DNA of 64,000 nt, from NCBI RefSeq assembly GCF_050282285.1, contig NZ_JBLZZJ010000013.1; one strand, given 5' to 3'. Shown one piece after another: positions 52,242 to 62,975 of the stretch. Origin of the DNA: Pseudomonas sp. (GTDB lineage Bacteria > Pseudomonadota > Gammaproteobacteria > Pseudomonadales > Pseudomonadaceae). Position 1 is the first letter of the stretch; each line of letters starts with the position of its first letter. Position numbers and translations under genes: made by a program. A model generated the notes under the pieces. It was not told the origin of the DNA, ran no database searches, and saw only the letters and a list, made by a program, of their open reading frames with translations.

Positions 52242-53314
52242 ACCACCACGACCTGCTGCTGATCGGTGCCGGCCATGCTCACCTCGGGGTGTTGCGGCGC
52301 TGGGCGCTGATCGAGCGGCCGCCCGGTCGCATCGCCCTGCTCAGCCCCGCCCCCCAGACCTGGTGCTCGGGCATGCTGCCGGGGCTGCTGGCCGGCCGGT
52401 TTCCGGCAGCGGATTGCCAGGTCGAGCTGGCGCCGCTGTGCCGGGCGGCCAAGGTCGAGCTGATCCAGGGCAATGTGCAGGCGCTGTCCGCCGCCGAGCA
52501 GCAGGTGCTGCTCGATGACGGCCGCCGCCTCGGTGCCAGCTGGCTGTCGTTGAACGTCGGTGCCGGTTCCGTCTGCCCGCCGCAGTCGGGCGAGGGTATG
52601 CAGGTGCTGGCGGTCAAACCGTTCGCTACCTTCCTGCAGGGCTGGCGCGCCTGGCAGGCGGACCCACAACCGCTGGCGATCCTCGGTGGCGGCCCGGCTG
52701 GCGTGGAGCTGGCCCTGGCCATTGCCGGCCAGGTGCCGCAGGTCACGCTGTTCTGCGCCGGCCCGCTGCTGGACGGCCACCCGGCCGGGCTGCGCATGCG
52801 CGCCCTGGGCCACCTGCGCCAGCGCCGGGTGCAGGTGCGCGAGCACTGCCCGGTGGACCGGATCGACGGCGATTGCCTGGTCAGTGCCGACGAGCCGGTC
52901 TGGCGCACCGCGCGCCTGCTGCTCGCCACCGGCAGCCAGGCGCTGCCCTGGCTGACCGAGAGCGGCCTGAGCTGCGACAGCGAAGGCTTCGTGCTGGTGG
53001 CGCCGACCCTGCAGAGCCATTCCCACGGGCACCTCTTCGCGGTAGGCGATTGCGCCAGCCTGCCGGGCGCCCAGCGCAGCATGGCCTACGCGCAGCGCCA
53101 GGCACCGGTGCTCGCGGCCAACCTGAGCGCGGTGCTGCGGGGGGCGCCGCTGCGCAGTTACCGTCCTCATCGGCAACGCCTGGCCCTGCTCGCCACTGGC
53201 GATGGCGGTGCGCTGCTCGGCTGGCGCGACTGGAGCGCCGGCGGGCAGTTCTACGGACGCTGGAAGGATTACCTGGACCGCAGTTTCGTGCAGCGCCACA
53301 GCCTGTCCGGCTGA
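52238..53314 (+). CDS. FAD-dependent pyridine-nucleotide-disulfide oxidoreductase family protein
   Basis: 358 aa with two Rossmann motifs (DLLLIGAGHAH and LAILGGGPAGVELA). It overlaps the AraC gene stop. Confidence 0.75.
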   Translation: MNHHDLLLIGAGHAHLGVLRRWALIERPPGRIALLSPAPQTWCSGMLPGLLAGRFPAADCQVELAPLCRAAKVELIQGNVQALSAAEQQVLLDDGRRLGASWLSLNVGAGSVCPPQSGEGMQVLAVKPFATFLQGWRAWQADPQPLAILGGGPAGVELALAIAGQVPQVTLFCAGPLLDGHPAGLRMRALGHLRQRRVQVREHCPVDRIDGDCLVSADEPVWRTARLLLATGSQALPWLTESGLSCDSEGFVLVAPTLQSHSHGHLFAVGDCASLPGAQRSMAYAQRQAPVLAANLSAVLRGAPLRSYRPHRQRLALLATGDGGALLGWRDWSAGGQFYGRWKDYLDRSFVQRHSLSG

Positions 53315-53562
53315 CCGTGCTACCAAAGTGCCATGGCGCCTGCAGGGCCTGCCGTGGTTGAATCGGCTCAGGCGCGCGAAGGCTGCTGGACAGCCCCGTG
53401 CGATGGCACCATCCGATCGGACCTTCAGATTGCGCCGCTCAGGCCGATCCAGTAGTCAGACACATTGCACGCGATAGTCCGTGGCCGGTCCGCCAGACGG
53501 CCGCCACGTCCATGACCCTACCTGGCCACCGGATGGCCAGAATAAGAATAACGAGGTCTGTC

Positions 53563-55131
53563 ATGCGTTCTGCGTTTATCCGCTACCCCCAGGCGTGCCT
53601 GCTGCATGCGCTGGGGCTGGCCGCGCTGATGGCGGTGTACCAACAGGTGGTGATGCCCTGGTACGTGAGCATCCCGTCCTTCCTGCTGCTGGCCCTGTGG
53701 CCATGGCTCGGCCCCTGGCAGCGCCAGCACGAGCCTGCGCCTGAAGCGACGCCCGAAGAGGGTCGCTTTTCCAGCCTGAGCCAGAACCTCTCGCGTCACA
53801 CCTGCCACAACGCCCTGTCCGCCGCCCAGGTGTCCCACGCCGTGCAGCAGCTGGCGGGCAAGCTGCAATCGCAGCTTGGCGCGGTCGAGCAGATCAGCCA
53901 GGGCGCCGACGCCATCACCCACACCGAACAGGACAACGCCCTGCGCGCCGAGCAGACCCTGGCGGCGGCGCAGACCGTGCGCCAGAACAGCGCCAGCGGC
54001 CAGCACGAGCTGCAACAGGCGATCACCGCGATGCAGCAGCTCAGCGCACAGACTGCCGCCAGCCGCGAGTTGATCGACGGCCTGAGCGCCCGTACCGAGC
54101 AGATCGAACAGGTCACCCAGGTGATCCAGTCCATCGCCAGCCAGACCAACCTGCTGGCGCTCAACGCCGCCATCGAAGCAGCGCGGGCCGGGGAGCAGGG
54201 CCGTGGCTTCGCGGTGGTGGCCGATGAGGTGCGCAACCTGGCCGGACGCACCGCCAGTGCCACCGAAGAAGTGGGGCAGATGGTCGCCGACATCCGCCAG
54301 CAAAGCGCGGCGGTGGTGGCCCATATCCAGCGCCAGGCCGATGAGCTGGACCAGGCCGCGCGCCAGGTCGAGCACACCGGCGAGCAGTTGCAGGGCATCG
54401 CCACCCTGGCGGTGGACGTTGAAGAGCAGGTGGCGCAGATCAGTTCCGGCACGGCCAGCAATCACGAACGCCTGGCCAGCCTGTTCGTCGCGGTGGAGCA
54501 ACTGCGTGCCGACGCCCTGTCCAGCGAAAGCCAGACCCGGCAACTGGGCGTGGCCGCCGATCGCCTGGTCGGCCTGGCGGAAACCGTCAGCGAGCAACTG
54601 GCCGAGGTCGGCCTGGACGACTACCACCAGCGCATCTACAACCTGGCGCGTGAAGGGGCGGCAGCCATCGCCGCGCAGTTCGAGGCGGATATCCAGTCCG
54701 GGCGGGTCAGCCAGCAGGACCTGTTCGACCGCCAGTACCAGCCCATCCCCAACACCTTCCCGGCCAAGTACAAGACCCGCTTCGACAGTTACGCCGACCA
54801 GCTCCTGCCGACCCTGCAGGAGCCGCTGCTGAGCCGCCATGAAGGTCTGGTGTTCGCCATCGCCACCACGCCGGAAGGCTACGTGCCGACCCACAACAAC
54901 GCCTTCAACCACCCACCGGTGGGCGACAAGGCCATCGATACGGTGAAGAGCCGCAGCAAGCGCCTGTTCAACGACCGCACCGGCATTCGCTGCGGCAGCC
55001 ACGAGAAGCTGTTGCTGCTGCAGACCTACATGCGCGATACCGGCGAGCTGATGCACGACCTGTCGGTGCCGATCCATGTCAACGGCCGGCACTGGGGCGG
55101 TCTGCGCCTGGGTTACAAGCCGGAGCAGTAG
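53563..55131 (+). CDS. Methyl-accepting chemotaxis protein with a C-terminal extra domain
   Basis: 522 aa counted from the ATG at 53563, which follows GAGG. Two N-terminal TM segments have essentially no periplasmic loop. The MCP signalling hairpin is present ([37 protein letters not shown]). A C-terminal domain of about 170 aa follows (...GYVPTHN...[35 protein letters not shown]). Confidence 0.85.
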   Translation: MRSAFIRYPQACLLHALGLAALMAVYQQVVMPWYVSIPSFLLLALWPWLGPWQRQHEPAPEATPEEGRFSSLSQNLSRHTCHNALSAAQVSHAVQQLAGKLQSQLGAVEQISQGADAITHTEQDNALRAEQTLAAAQTVRQNSASGQHELQQAITAMQQLSAQTAASRELIDGLSARTEQIEQVTQVIQSIASQTNLLALNAAIEAARAGEQGRGFAVVADEVRNLAGRTASATEEVGQMVADIRQQSAAVVAHIQRQADELDQAARQVEHTGEQLQGIATLAVDVEEQVAQISSGTASNHERLASLFVAVEQLRADALSSESQTRQLGVAADRLVGLAETVSEQLAEVGLDDYHQRIYNLAREGAAAIAAQFEADIQSGRVSQQDLFDRQYQPIPNTFPAKYKTRFDSYADQLLPTLQEPLLSRHEGLVFAIATTPEGYVPTHNNAFNHPPVGDKAIDTVKSRSKRLFNDRTGIRCGSHEKLLLLQTYMRDTGELMHDLSVPIHVNGRHWGGLRLGYKPEQ

Positions 55132-55470
55132 GCGTCGCAATGTTTAGTCAGGCTGAACCTGAATGTGTAGAAAGACGGATTTAATGCAACGCATCGCCTG
55201 TGCGAGCCTGCGGGCATGAGTTCGTTTCTGCACGACTTCTTCCGGCACGCACCCCATGTGCCCTCGCGCTTGCGCAGCTGCTTCGGCCTCAGCCGGACCA
55301 ACTCCCTGTTGCCTGAAATCCTCGCGTTCTGGGCGCTCTGGCATTGCCGGCACGCGCGCCCGCCGGACGTTATTCTCGTGGTTGGCTGATCCCACCGGCT
55401 GCTTGCAGCCCGTCGCTAGCTGTTGCCCGTCTTCGGGCAGTGCGCGCCATCCGGCGCTAACGAGAGTCCC

Positions 55471-56835
55471 ATGCAATTCGCCCCCATCGAGCAGGCCCAG
55501 GCGTTCCTGGCGCAAAACCCCGATATCGACATGTTCGAGCTGTTCATCCTCGACGCCAACGGTGTGCCGCGCGGCAAGCTGCTGCACCGCGATGAACTGC
55601 TCGCGGTGTATGAGAGCGGTCGCCCGCTGCCCAGCACCATCCTCGGCCTGAGCATGGGCGGGGATGACGTGGAGGATTCCGGCCTGGTCTGGGATGTCGG
55701 CGATATCGACTGCCGCGCCTTCCCGCTGGAAGGCAGCCTGACCCGCCTGCCCTGGCGGCAGATTCCCATGGCCGCGGTGCAGGTCAGCATGCACCCGCAA
55801 TCCGGCATGCCGGCGGCCGTGGCCGACCCGCGGCATGTGCTGATCCAGGTGATCGACCAGCTCAAGGCCGAGGGCTACCACCCGGTCATGGCCTGCGAGC
55901 TGGAGTTCTACCTGCTCGACCAGAAACGCGACGCCGCCGGTCGTCCGCAACCCGCGCTGGATGCCGATGGCCAGCGCCCGCGGCAGACCCAGGTCTATGG
56001 CCTGCGTGAGTTGGAGCAGATCGAGCCGTTCCTGGCGGACCTCTACGCGGCCTGCAAGGCCCAGGGTATTCCGGCGCGCACGGCGATTTCCGAATACGCC
56101 CCAGGCCAGGTGGAGATCACCCTGGAGCACGGCGATGCGCTGTTGGCAATGGACCAGGCGGTACGCTACAAGCGCCTGGTCAAGGGCGTGGCGCACAAGC
56201 ATGGGATGCAGGCGTGCTTCATGGCCAAGCCCTTCGACCACCTGGCCGGCACCGGCATGCACATGCATGTCAGCCTGGCCGATGCCGAGGGCCGCAACCT
56301 GTTCGCCGCCGAAGACCCGGCCGGCACGCCGCTGTTGCGCCAGGCGGTGGGCGGCATGCTGGCCTCGCTGCTCGATTCGCTGCTGCTGTTCTGCCCCAAC
56401 GCCAACTCCTACCGACGCTTCCAGGCCAACAGCTACGCGCCGCTGGCGCCGACCTGGGGTGTGGATAACCGCACCGTGTCGCTGCGCGTGCCCGGTGGCC
56501 CGGCCAATACCCGGCACATCGAACACCGCATCTGCGGCGCCGATGCCAACCCCTACCTGGCAGCGGCGGCGATCCTCGCCGGCATCTACCGGGGTATCCG
56601 CGACAACCTCGATCCGGGCGAACCGGTGGAAGGCAACGGCTACGAGCAGGCCAAGGAACTGCTGCCCACCGACTGGCTGACCTCGCTGCAAGCGCTGGAG
56701 CGCTCCAGCTGGGCCCGCGAAGCCCTGGGCAGCGCGTTCCTGGGTGTGTACCTGGCGGTGAAGCGTGCCGAGTACCGACAGTTCATGGCCGAGGTCAGCG
56801 AGCAGGACTGGCGCTGGTACCTGACCCAGGCCTAA
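55471..56835 (+). CDS. Glutamine synthetase-family enzyme (gamma-glutamylpolyamine synthetase, PuuA/PauA-like)
   Basis: 454 aa counted from the ATG at 55471. The GS type III catalytic-domain motifs are KPFDHLAGTGMHMHVSL, NSYRRF and NRTVSLRVP...RIEHR. Confidence 0.85.
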   Translation: MQFAPIEQAQAFLAQNPDIDMFELFILDANGVPRGKLLHRDELLAVYESGRPLPSTILGLSMGGDDVEDSGLVWDVGDIDCRAFPLEGSLTRLPWRQIPMAAVQVSMHPQSGMPAAVADPRHVLIQVIDQLKAEGYHPVMACELEFYLLDQKRDAAGRPQPALDADGQRPRQTQVYGLRELEQIEPFLADLYAACKAQGIPARTAISEYAPGQVEITLEHGDALLAMDQAVRYKRLVKGVAHKHGMQACFMAKPFDHLAGTGMHMHVSLADAEGRNLFAAEDPAGTPLLRQAVGGMLASLLDSLLLFCPNANSYRRFQANSYAPLAPTWGVDNRTVSLRVPGGPANTRHIEHRICGADANPYLAAAAILAGIYRGIRDNLDPGEPVEGNGYEQAKELLPTDWLTSLQALERSSWAREALGSAFLGVYLAVKRAEYRQFMAEVSEQDWRWYLTQA

Positions 56836-56939
56836 CTCGAATTTAGTGGCGCTGGGTGGATAACGCGTTGCGGTTATCCACCCAGCGCCCCACCCGAATA
56901 CGCACGGTGCGCAGGGCGCGCCGATAAGGACTCCCCCTC

Positions 56940-58253
56940 ATGAATGCGATCACCCAGGCAGTGATTCCGGCGGCAGAGCGCTGCCCGTCCTACTACAGCG
57001 CCACCCTCAACCAGGAAACCGATTACCCGACCCTGCAAGGCGAGGTCAGTGTCGATGTGGTGATCATCGGAGGCGGCTTCACCGGGGTGGCCAGCGCGGT
57101 GGAACTGGCCGAGCGCGGCCTCAAGGTGGCCATCGTCGAAGCCCACAAAATTGGCTGGGGCGCCACCGGGCGCAACGGCGGCCAGGTCACCGGCAGCCTG
57201 TCCGGCGACGAGGCCATGCGCAAGCAGATGCGCAACCGCCTGGGCAGTGAGGTCGATGATTTCATCTGGCACCTGCGCTGGCGCGGTCACGACATCATCA
57301 AGAACCGCGTGGCTCGCTACAGCATCGACTGCGACCTCAAGCACGGCCACCTGCACGCGGCGATGAAACCGGCGCATATGGCCGAACTCACCAACAGCTA
57401 CGAGGAGGCGCAGCGCCGTGGCATGGGCGACAGCGTGACGCTGCTCGACCGCGAAGGCGTGCGCAATCACCTGGCCAGCGACCTTTACAGCGGCGCGTTG
57501 AAGAACACCCGCAACATGCACCTGCACCCGCTCAACCTGTGCATCGGCGAAGCCCGCGCCGCCGAAAGCCTGGGCGCGCTGATCTTCGAGCACTCGCCGG
57601 TGCTGGACATCGTGCATGGCGCGCAGCCGGCGGTGATCACCGAAAAGGGCCGGATCAACGCCCGCCAGGTGCTGCTGGCCGGCGACGTGTACCACACGCT
57701 GGAGGCGAAAAAGCTCAAGGGCATGATCTTCCCGGCCATGGGCGGCATCGTCACCACCGCGCCGCTGGGCGAGTTGGCCGAGCAGCTCAACCCCCACGAC
57801 CTGGCGGTGTACGACTGCCGCTTCGTGCTGGACTACTACCGCCTGACCGCCGACAAGCGCCTGCTGTTCGGCGGCGGCTGCAACTACTCGGGCCGCGATT
57901 CCCGGGACATCGCGGCCGAGCTGCGACCGGGCATCGAACGCACCTTCCCGCAGCTCAAGGGCGTGGCGATCGACTTCCAGTGGAGCTGCGCCATGGGCAT
58001 CGTGATCAACCGTATTCCGCAGCTCGGCAAGCTCTCGGACAACGTCTGGTACTGCCAGGGCTACTCCGGCCACGGCATCGCCACCACCCACATCATGGGC
58101 GAGATCATGGCCAACGCCCTGACTGGCACTCTGGAGCAGTTCGACACCTTCGCCGGTTGCAAGCACATCAAGGTGCCAATGGGGGACGTGTTCGGCAACC
58201 CGATGCTGGCGGCGGGCATGTGGTACTACCAGATGCTGGAAAAGCTGCGCTGA
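56940..58253 (+). CDS. FAD-dependent oxidoreductase (gamma-glutamylpolyamine oxidase, PuuB/PauB-like)
   Basis: 437 aa in the DAO family, with the motif DVVIIGGGFTGVASAVELAERG. It lies next to the GS-like gene. Confidence 0.8.
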   Translation: MNAITQAVIPAAERCPSYYSATLNQETDYPTLQGEVSVDVVIIGGGFTGVASAVELAERGLKVAIVEAHKIGWGATGRNGGQVTGSLSGDEAMRKQMRNRLGSEVDDFIWHLRWRGHDIIKNRVARYSIDCDLKHGHLHAAMKPAHMAELTNSYEEAQRRGMGDSVTLLDREGVRNHLASDLYSGALKNTRNMHLHPLNLCIGEARAAESLGALIFEHSPVLDIVHGAQPAVITEKGRINARQVLLAGDVYHTLEAKKLKGMIFPAMGGIVTTAPLGELAEQLNPHDLAVYDCRFVLDYYRLTADKRLLFGGGCNYSGRDSRDIAAELRPGIERTFPQLKGVAIDFQWSCAMGIVINRIPQLGKLSDNVWYCQGYSGHGIATTHIMGEIMANALTGTLEQFDTFAGCKHIKVPMGDVFGNPMLAAGMWYYQMLEKLR

Positions 58254-58263
58254 GACTCCGCGT

Positions 58264-58805
58264 TGTGGGAGGGGCTTTAGCCGCGAGCTTTTGACAATCG
58301 CCGCTGAAGCGCCTCCCACGGAAGGGATTCCATCGTGGCGGTGGTTCGGCGAGGAGCTCGCGGGTAAGCCCGCTCCTACAGGGTGGCGCTCCGGTGTCAT
58401 GTACGCAGCGGCTGATAGTCGTGGTGGAAAACGCTTCGCGGTTTTCCACCCTACGGCTGATGGGCAATAGAGATGTGGGAGGGGCTTTAGCCGCGAGCTT
58501 TTAGCAATCGCCGCTGAAGCGCCTCCCACGGAAGGGATTCCATCGTGGCGGTGGTTCGGCGAGGAGCTCGCGGGTAAGCCCGCTCCTACAGGGTGGCGCT
58601 CCGGTGTCATGTACGCAGCGGCTGATAGTCGTGGTGGAAAACGCTTCGCGGTTTTCCACCCTACGGGCTGGTGGGCAATAGCGGTGTGGGAGGGGCTTTA
58701 GTCGCGAGCCTTTGACAATCGCCGCTGAAGCGCCTCCCACGGAAGGGATCCCACCGTGGCGGCGGTTCGGTGAGGAGCTCGCGGGCAAGCCCGCTCCTAC
58801 ACGGG
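58264..58805. repeat. About 2.6 tandem copies of a 210-211 bp unit, each unit containing several REP-type palindromes
   Basis: Units start with tgtgggaggggctttag(c/t)cgcgagc at 58264, 58474 and 58685. Each unit also has ccgctgaagcgcctcccac, gagctcgcgggtaagcccgctcctaca and ggtggaaaacgcttcgcggttttccacc. Copies 1 and 2 are nearly identical. Confidence 0.9.
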
Positions 58806-58838
58806 GACGGCGGCGCCAGGTGGACTGGCGGCCGGTGG

Positions 58839-60863
58839 TCAGGTCTGGCCTTGTGTCTGCAATTCCCGCGCTTCTTCCCGGCCGTCGACGAAGGCCACGG
58901 GCGGGGAGCCGTCGGCGTTGTGCTGGATGACGTCGCACGGTTGGCCCTGGTCGTTGAAGAACACTTGGCCCACACCCGCGCCGTTCCACAGGCGTTCGCC
59001 GGCCTTGCGGCGCGACGGGACGCGTGGCACCACTTGCATGCGGCGGCGTTTGGTCAGCCAGTTGAGCGGTGACCAGGGGGCGTACAGCCAGCGGTTGAGA
59101 CGGTCGAACCAGTCCAGCAGGCGCGGCGGGAATTCGTTTTTCAGGCCGCTGCTGGTGATCTGCCAGATGTGCGGGCGGGCCTTGCGCTGGCGGATCAGCA
59201 CTTCGTAGACGAACGAGTAATGCACGTCGCCCGACAGGATCACGTAATGCCCCGGCGTGCGCGAGTGGCGGAAGATGTTCAGCATCACCTGCGCCGCGCC
59301 GCGGTGGGCCATCCAGTTTTCCGCGTCGACCATCAACGGGTGGCCGAACCAGCTGAAGACTTTCTGGATGCTTTCGATCAGCTTGACCCCGAACATCGGC
59401 GCCGGCGAGACGATGATCGCGCTGGGGTGGTCGAGCAGGTCCTGCTGGAATTCGCACAACCCTTCCCAGTCGAGCAGCCCGGAGGGCCGCTTCAGGTTGC
59501 GTTCGCTGCGCCAGCGCCGGGTGCGGGTGTCGAGCACCACCAGGGCCGGCGTGGTGGGCAGCACGTACTGCCACTGGTGAAAGCTTTGCAGGTCGTCGAT
59601 CAGAGCATCCTGGGCGCTGGCGTCCAGGTGATTGTCGGCATCGCGCCCGGCAATCATGGCCTGGATCGTCTGCAAGGGCTCGGCGAAGGCATCGGGGTTG
59701 TTGCCCCAGCCCTGGCAGAGCAGGTAAGCGACCAAGGCATTGCCGATGATGCGTTTGGAGAACGGGTGGCCGTAGGCGACCTGTTCCCAGGAGGCGGACA
59801 GGTTCCAGTCGTCGGTGACGTCGTGGTCATCGAAGATCATCAGCGTCGGGATATGCGCCAGGGCCCGGGCAACCTGGCCCAGGCCGCTGCGGAAGGCTTC
59901 GACGCGTCCGCGCTCGTCCTGGTAGCGCTCGGTTTCCTCCGGCGTTAGCTCGGGCATTTCGGTGTCGAGCAGGGTCCAGGGCGTCGGCGACCAGACCAGC
60001 AGGTACATGGCCATGACCTCGGCGAAGGTCACCAGGTGGTTGTCGGCGCTGTTGCTGGTGAAGATCGGCTTCTCCACGCCACCGAAGAATTTCTCGCGCA
60101 GGGTCTCGTTGGTCGCCAGGGCGGGCAGCAGCTCGGCGCGCTGGTAGTAGCTGGCCGGGTGTGTGTAGAGCTCCTCGCTGTTGTCGACCACCGCGCCTTC
60201 CAGGCATTCGCCGAACAGGCCGACGGCCTCGATGACCTGGTGGATGGCACGCAGCATCGGCCCGGCAACGTCGTCGGCGTAGATCTGGTCGCCCGTCATC
60301 AGCAACAGGTTCGGGCGCTTGTTCGGCTCGTGGGGCTCGGCCAGCAGGCGGTCCACGCACAGCAGGCCGTCCGGCGCGCAGTGGTGGGGCTTGCGGCAGG
60401 AGCCGTGCAGCAACTGATCGATGCGCTCGCGCAGGACGAAGTTCGGTCGCTCGGCGCCGTCGTAGAGCAGGTGCGGCGCCCAGTCGGCGATGCCCTGGGC
60501 AGATTGCTCGCCGGTTTCGATCAGCAGGTCGTACTCGATGCGTACGTCGAAGGGCAGCGGCGTGTCGAGGGTCAGGTCGACCAGGTGCAGAAATGCCCGT
60601 TCACCGATCTGCACCACCTGGCACTGGTTTTCATCCAGGCGGTGATCCTGACTGGCTTCGCCTTCCGCCCCGAGACGCAGGGTCAGCGGCAGCGCCTGGG
60701 AACCCACCAGCCACAGCACCACGCGCTCCGCTTGCATGCGCCGCAGCAGCGGGCCGGCAAGGACCAGGGGCAGAGAGGTGCTGGGGGGCGGTTGGGTCGT
60801 GGTGTCGGGCATCGGGCTCGCGGGCTCTGGTAGAGGGCTGCAATAGACCGGGTGCATGGCCAT
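58839..60863 (-). CDS. PhoD-like metallophosphatase family protein
   Basis: 674 aa with metallophosphoesterase-type motifs (LLMTGDQIYADD and MIFDDHDVTDDWN). Possible starts are 60863, 60857 or 60812. Confidence 0.65.
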   Translation of the reverse strand: MAMHPVYCSPLPEPASPMPDTTTQPPPSTSLPLVLAGPLLRRMQAERVVLWLVGSQALPLTLRLGAEGEASQDHRLDENQCQVVQIGERAFLHLVDLTLDTPLPFDVRIEYDLLIETGEQSAQGIADWAPHLLYDGAERPNFVLRERIDQLLHGSCRKPHHCAPDGLLCVDRLLAEPHEPNKRPNLLLMTGDQIYADDVAGPMLRAIHQVIEAVGLFGECLEGAVVDNSEELYTHPASYYQRAELLPALATNETLREKFFGGVEKPIFTSNSADNHLVTFAEVMAMYLLVWSPTPWTLLDTEMPELTPEETERYQDERGRVEAFRSGLGQVARALAHIPTLMIFDDHDVTDDWNLSASWEQVAYGHPFSKRIIGNALVAYLLCQGWGNNPDAFAEPLQTIQAMIAGRDADNHLDASAQDALIDDLQSFHQWQYVLPTTPALVVLDTRTRRWRSERNLKRPSGLLDWEGLCEFQQDLLDHPSAIIVSPAPMFGVKLIESIQKVFSWFGHPLMVDAENWMAHRGAAQVMLNIFRHSRTPGHYVILSGDVHYSFVYEVLIRQRKARPHIWQITSSGLKNEFPPRLLDWFDRLNRWLYAPWSPLNWLTKRRRMQVVPRVPSRRKAGERLWNGAGVGQVFFNDQGQPCDVIQHNADGSPPVAFVDGREEARELQTQGQT

Positions 60864-60878
60864 TAGTTCGCCATGACC

Positions 60879-61562
60879 CTACCGGGCGTGTGCGCGCAAC
60901 CGCTGCAGGTCGAGGATTTCGATCTCGCCGTAGGTCAGGCGCACGATGCCCTGGGCTTCCAGCTCCTTGAGGATCTGGTTGGTGGTCTGCCGGGAGATTG
61001 CCAGCATCAGGGCCAATTGCTCCTGGGCCAGGTGGATGATGCGCCGTGGCTCGCCTTCGCCATAGTTGTCGGCGATCAGCAGCAGGCGCCGGGCCAGGCG
61101 CGGTGCGGCGGGCAGCAGGCTCATCTCCTCCAGGGCGTTGAAGGCCAGGCGCAGCTTGTGGCTCATCAGCAGGGCGAAGTCGCGCCAGTAGCGCGGTTCG
61201 CGGTCGAGCAGGGCGAGCAGGCTGGCCTGGGGCACTAGCAGCAGGGTGCTGGCGGTTTCGGCGAAGGCGTCGTGGGTGCGCGGCTGGCCGTCGAACAGGG
61301 AGATTTCGCCGAACCAGTAAGGTGGCTCGATCAGGGTCAGCAGTGCTTCCTTGCCGTTCTGGCTTACCGCGCCGATGCGCATGGCGCCTTCGACCACCGC
61401 GTACAGCCCGCTGGCCGGGTCGCCCCGACGGAACAGGCGCTGGCCGGGCTCCAGGTGCTGCACCTGCGCCGCGTCCAGCAGTGCTTCCTGCAGTTTAGCC
61501 GGCAGGGCGCTGAACCAGTGGCCTTCGCGCACGCGGGCGCGGTAGAGAGCGTGTTCGGGCAT
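60879..61562 (-). CDS. Crp/Fnr-family transcriptional regulator
   Basis: 227 aa with a cNMP-binding beta-barrel (LFRRGDPASGLYAVVEGAMRI...). The C-terminal HTH reads LAISRQTTNQILKELEAQGIV. Confidence 0.85.
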   Translation of the reverse strand: MPEHALYRARVREGHWFSALPAKLQEALLDAAQVQHLEPGQRLFRRGDPASGLYAVVEGAMRIGAVSQNGKEALLTLIEPPYWFGEISLFDGQPRTHDAFAETASTLLLVPQASLLALLDREPRYWRDFALLMSHKLRLAFNALEEMSLLPAAPRLARRLLLIADNYGEGEPRRIIHLAQEQLALMLAISRQTTNQILKELEAQGIVRLTYGEIEILDLQRLRAHAR

Positions 61563-61653
61563 CGGGGCTCCAGGGTTTGTCGGCTAGCTGACAGTGCCGC
61601 GCTACCGGTTGGCGTCATTATCCTCTGGCCTGCCCTATTTGAGGACAACAAGA

Positions 61654-62178
61654 ATGAAAACACTGACGGATCACCTGGCGCAGTACGCGGCCTATCACCG
61701 CGACCGCCGCAACATCGTTACCCATTTCGTCGGCATCCCGATGATCTTCCTGGCGGTGGCCGTCCTGCTGTCGCGTCCCGGCTTCGAGCTGCTCGGCCTG
61801 TGGCTATCGCCCGCCGCGCTGGTGGCCCTGGCGGCGGCCGTGTTCTACTTCCGCCTTGACCTGCGTTTCGGCCTGGTGATGGCGGTGCTGCTGTGGCTGA
61901 GCGTGTGGACCGGCGCCGAGCTGGCCGTGCAGTCCACGGCGCAGTGGCTGGGCGTTGGCCTGGGGCTGTTCGTGGTGGGCTGGATCATCCAGTTCGTCGG
62001 TCACCATTACGAAGGGCGTAAACCGGCCTTCGTCGATGACCTGTCCGGCCTGATCGTCGGCCCGCTGTTCGTGGTGGCCGAGCTGGGGTTCCTGCTGGGT
62101 ATGCGCCGCGAGGTTGAGCACGTGGTGGTCGAGCGTGCCGGCCCGACCTGCATCCGCGAGAAGAACGCTACTGCATGA
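61654..62178 (+). CDS. DUF962/Mpo1-like membrane protein
   Basis: 174 aa counted from the ATG at 61654. It contains YAAYHRDRRNIVTHFVGIP... and FVGHHYEGRKPAF, both typical of the family. Confidence 0.7.
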   Translation: MKTLTDHLAQYAAYHRDRRNIVTHFVGIPMIFLAVAVLLSRPGFELLGLWLSPAALVALAAAVFYFRLDLRFGLVMAVLLWLSVWTGAELAVQSTAQWLGVGLGLFVVGWIIQFVGHHYEGRKPAFVDDLSGLIVGPLFVVAELGFLLGMRREVEHVVVERAGPTCIREKNATA

Positions 62179-62231
62179 TCCTCAGGGTGGGCTGAGCGCC
62201 CACCTTTCTCAGGCCTGCCGCCCGGCGGGCC

Positions 62232-62975
62232 TCAGTCCATACGCATCCACTGGCTGGTCAGCGACCGGCTGTGACGGTCCACAGTGATCGGTGCGAACGG
62301 ACGGCCGGACACGCTTTCCAGGGTGTTGCTCTTGCTGTTCATGTCGCTCAGCGCGGCTTTCAGGTATTCCCAGCGCACTTTCAGCTTGGCCACGTCGGGG
62401 TTGGCTTTGTCATCCAGGGCAGCCAGCTCCTCGTCGACGGACGGCACCAGCAGGCGCTCGTCCTGGCCGAGGTAGGTGTCCGGCAGCTCGCGGGCGATCT
62501 CGAAGGTACCGACGTAGGAACGGCTGAGGTATTGCACGGCCAGGTATTCGACCTTGGCCGCCAGCTCGCTGCCGTCGTTCTGCGGCTGCTCGCGGGCAGC
62601 CTGGAGGAATTCGCGCAGGCCTTTGCTCAGGGCCTGGGTGTAGCTCCAGGGCACGTCGTCTTCGTTGGGGCCGAAGGAAACACCCTGGCGCAGCAGGGTA
62701 ACAAGCTCCTGGTGGCGAGTGCTCAGCTCGCCACCGGCGTTGGGCAGGCTCTGCAATGCGGCATCCAGCGCCTGCAGATCGGTTTCCAGGCGCTCCTGGT
62801 GGTTCTTCTGGAAGCCCTCGCCCCGTAACAGCATGAGGCTGCTGGTGGCGCGGCTGGCGTGTACCTGGATCTGCTCCTGGGGGCTCGACGCCTCGGCGAG
62901 CGCTATCGGCGACAGGCTCGCCAACACCCCAAAGGTCCAGATAATGAGCTTGTGAAACAACGGCTTGGAACGCAT
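62232..62975 (-). CDS. Exported hypothetical protein
   Basis: 247 aa with a signal peptide (MRSKPLFHKLIIWTFGVLASLSPIALA). The mature part is helical. I recognise no motif. Confidence 0.6.
   Translation of the reverse strand: MRSKPLFHKLIIWTFGVLASLSPIALAEASSPQEQIQVHASRATSSLMLLRGEGFQKNHQERLETDLQALDAALQSLPNAGGELSTRHQELVTLLRQGVSFGPNEDDVPWSYTQALSKGLREFLQAAREQPQNDGSELAAKVEYLAVQYLSRSYVGTFEIARELPDTYLGQDERLLVPSVDEELAALDDKANPDVAKLKVRWEYLKAALSDMNSKSNTLESVSGRPFAPITVDRHSRSLTSQWMRMD

Noticed and set aside
55216-55389. 57-codon ORF (MSSFLHDFFRHAPHVPSRL...) upstream of the GS-like gene.
   Set aside because: It falls below the ORF-track threshold, has no clear RBS and no recognisable family. It cannot be supported from the sequence alone.
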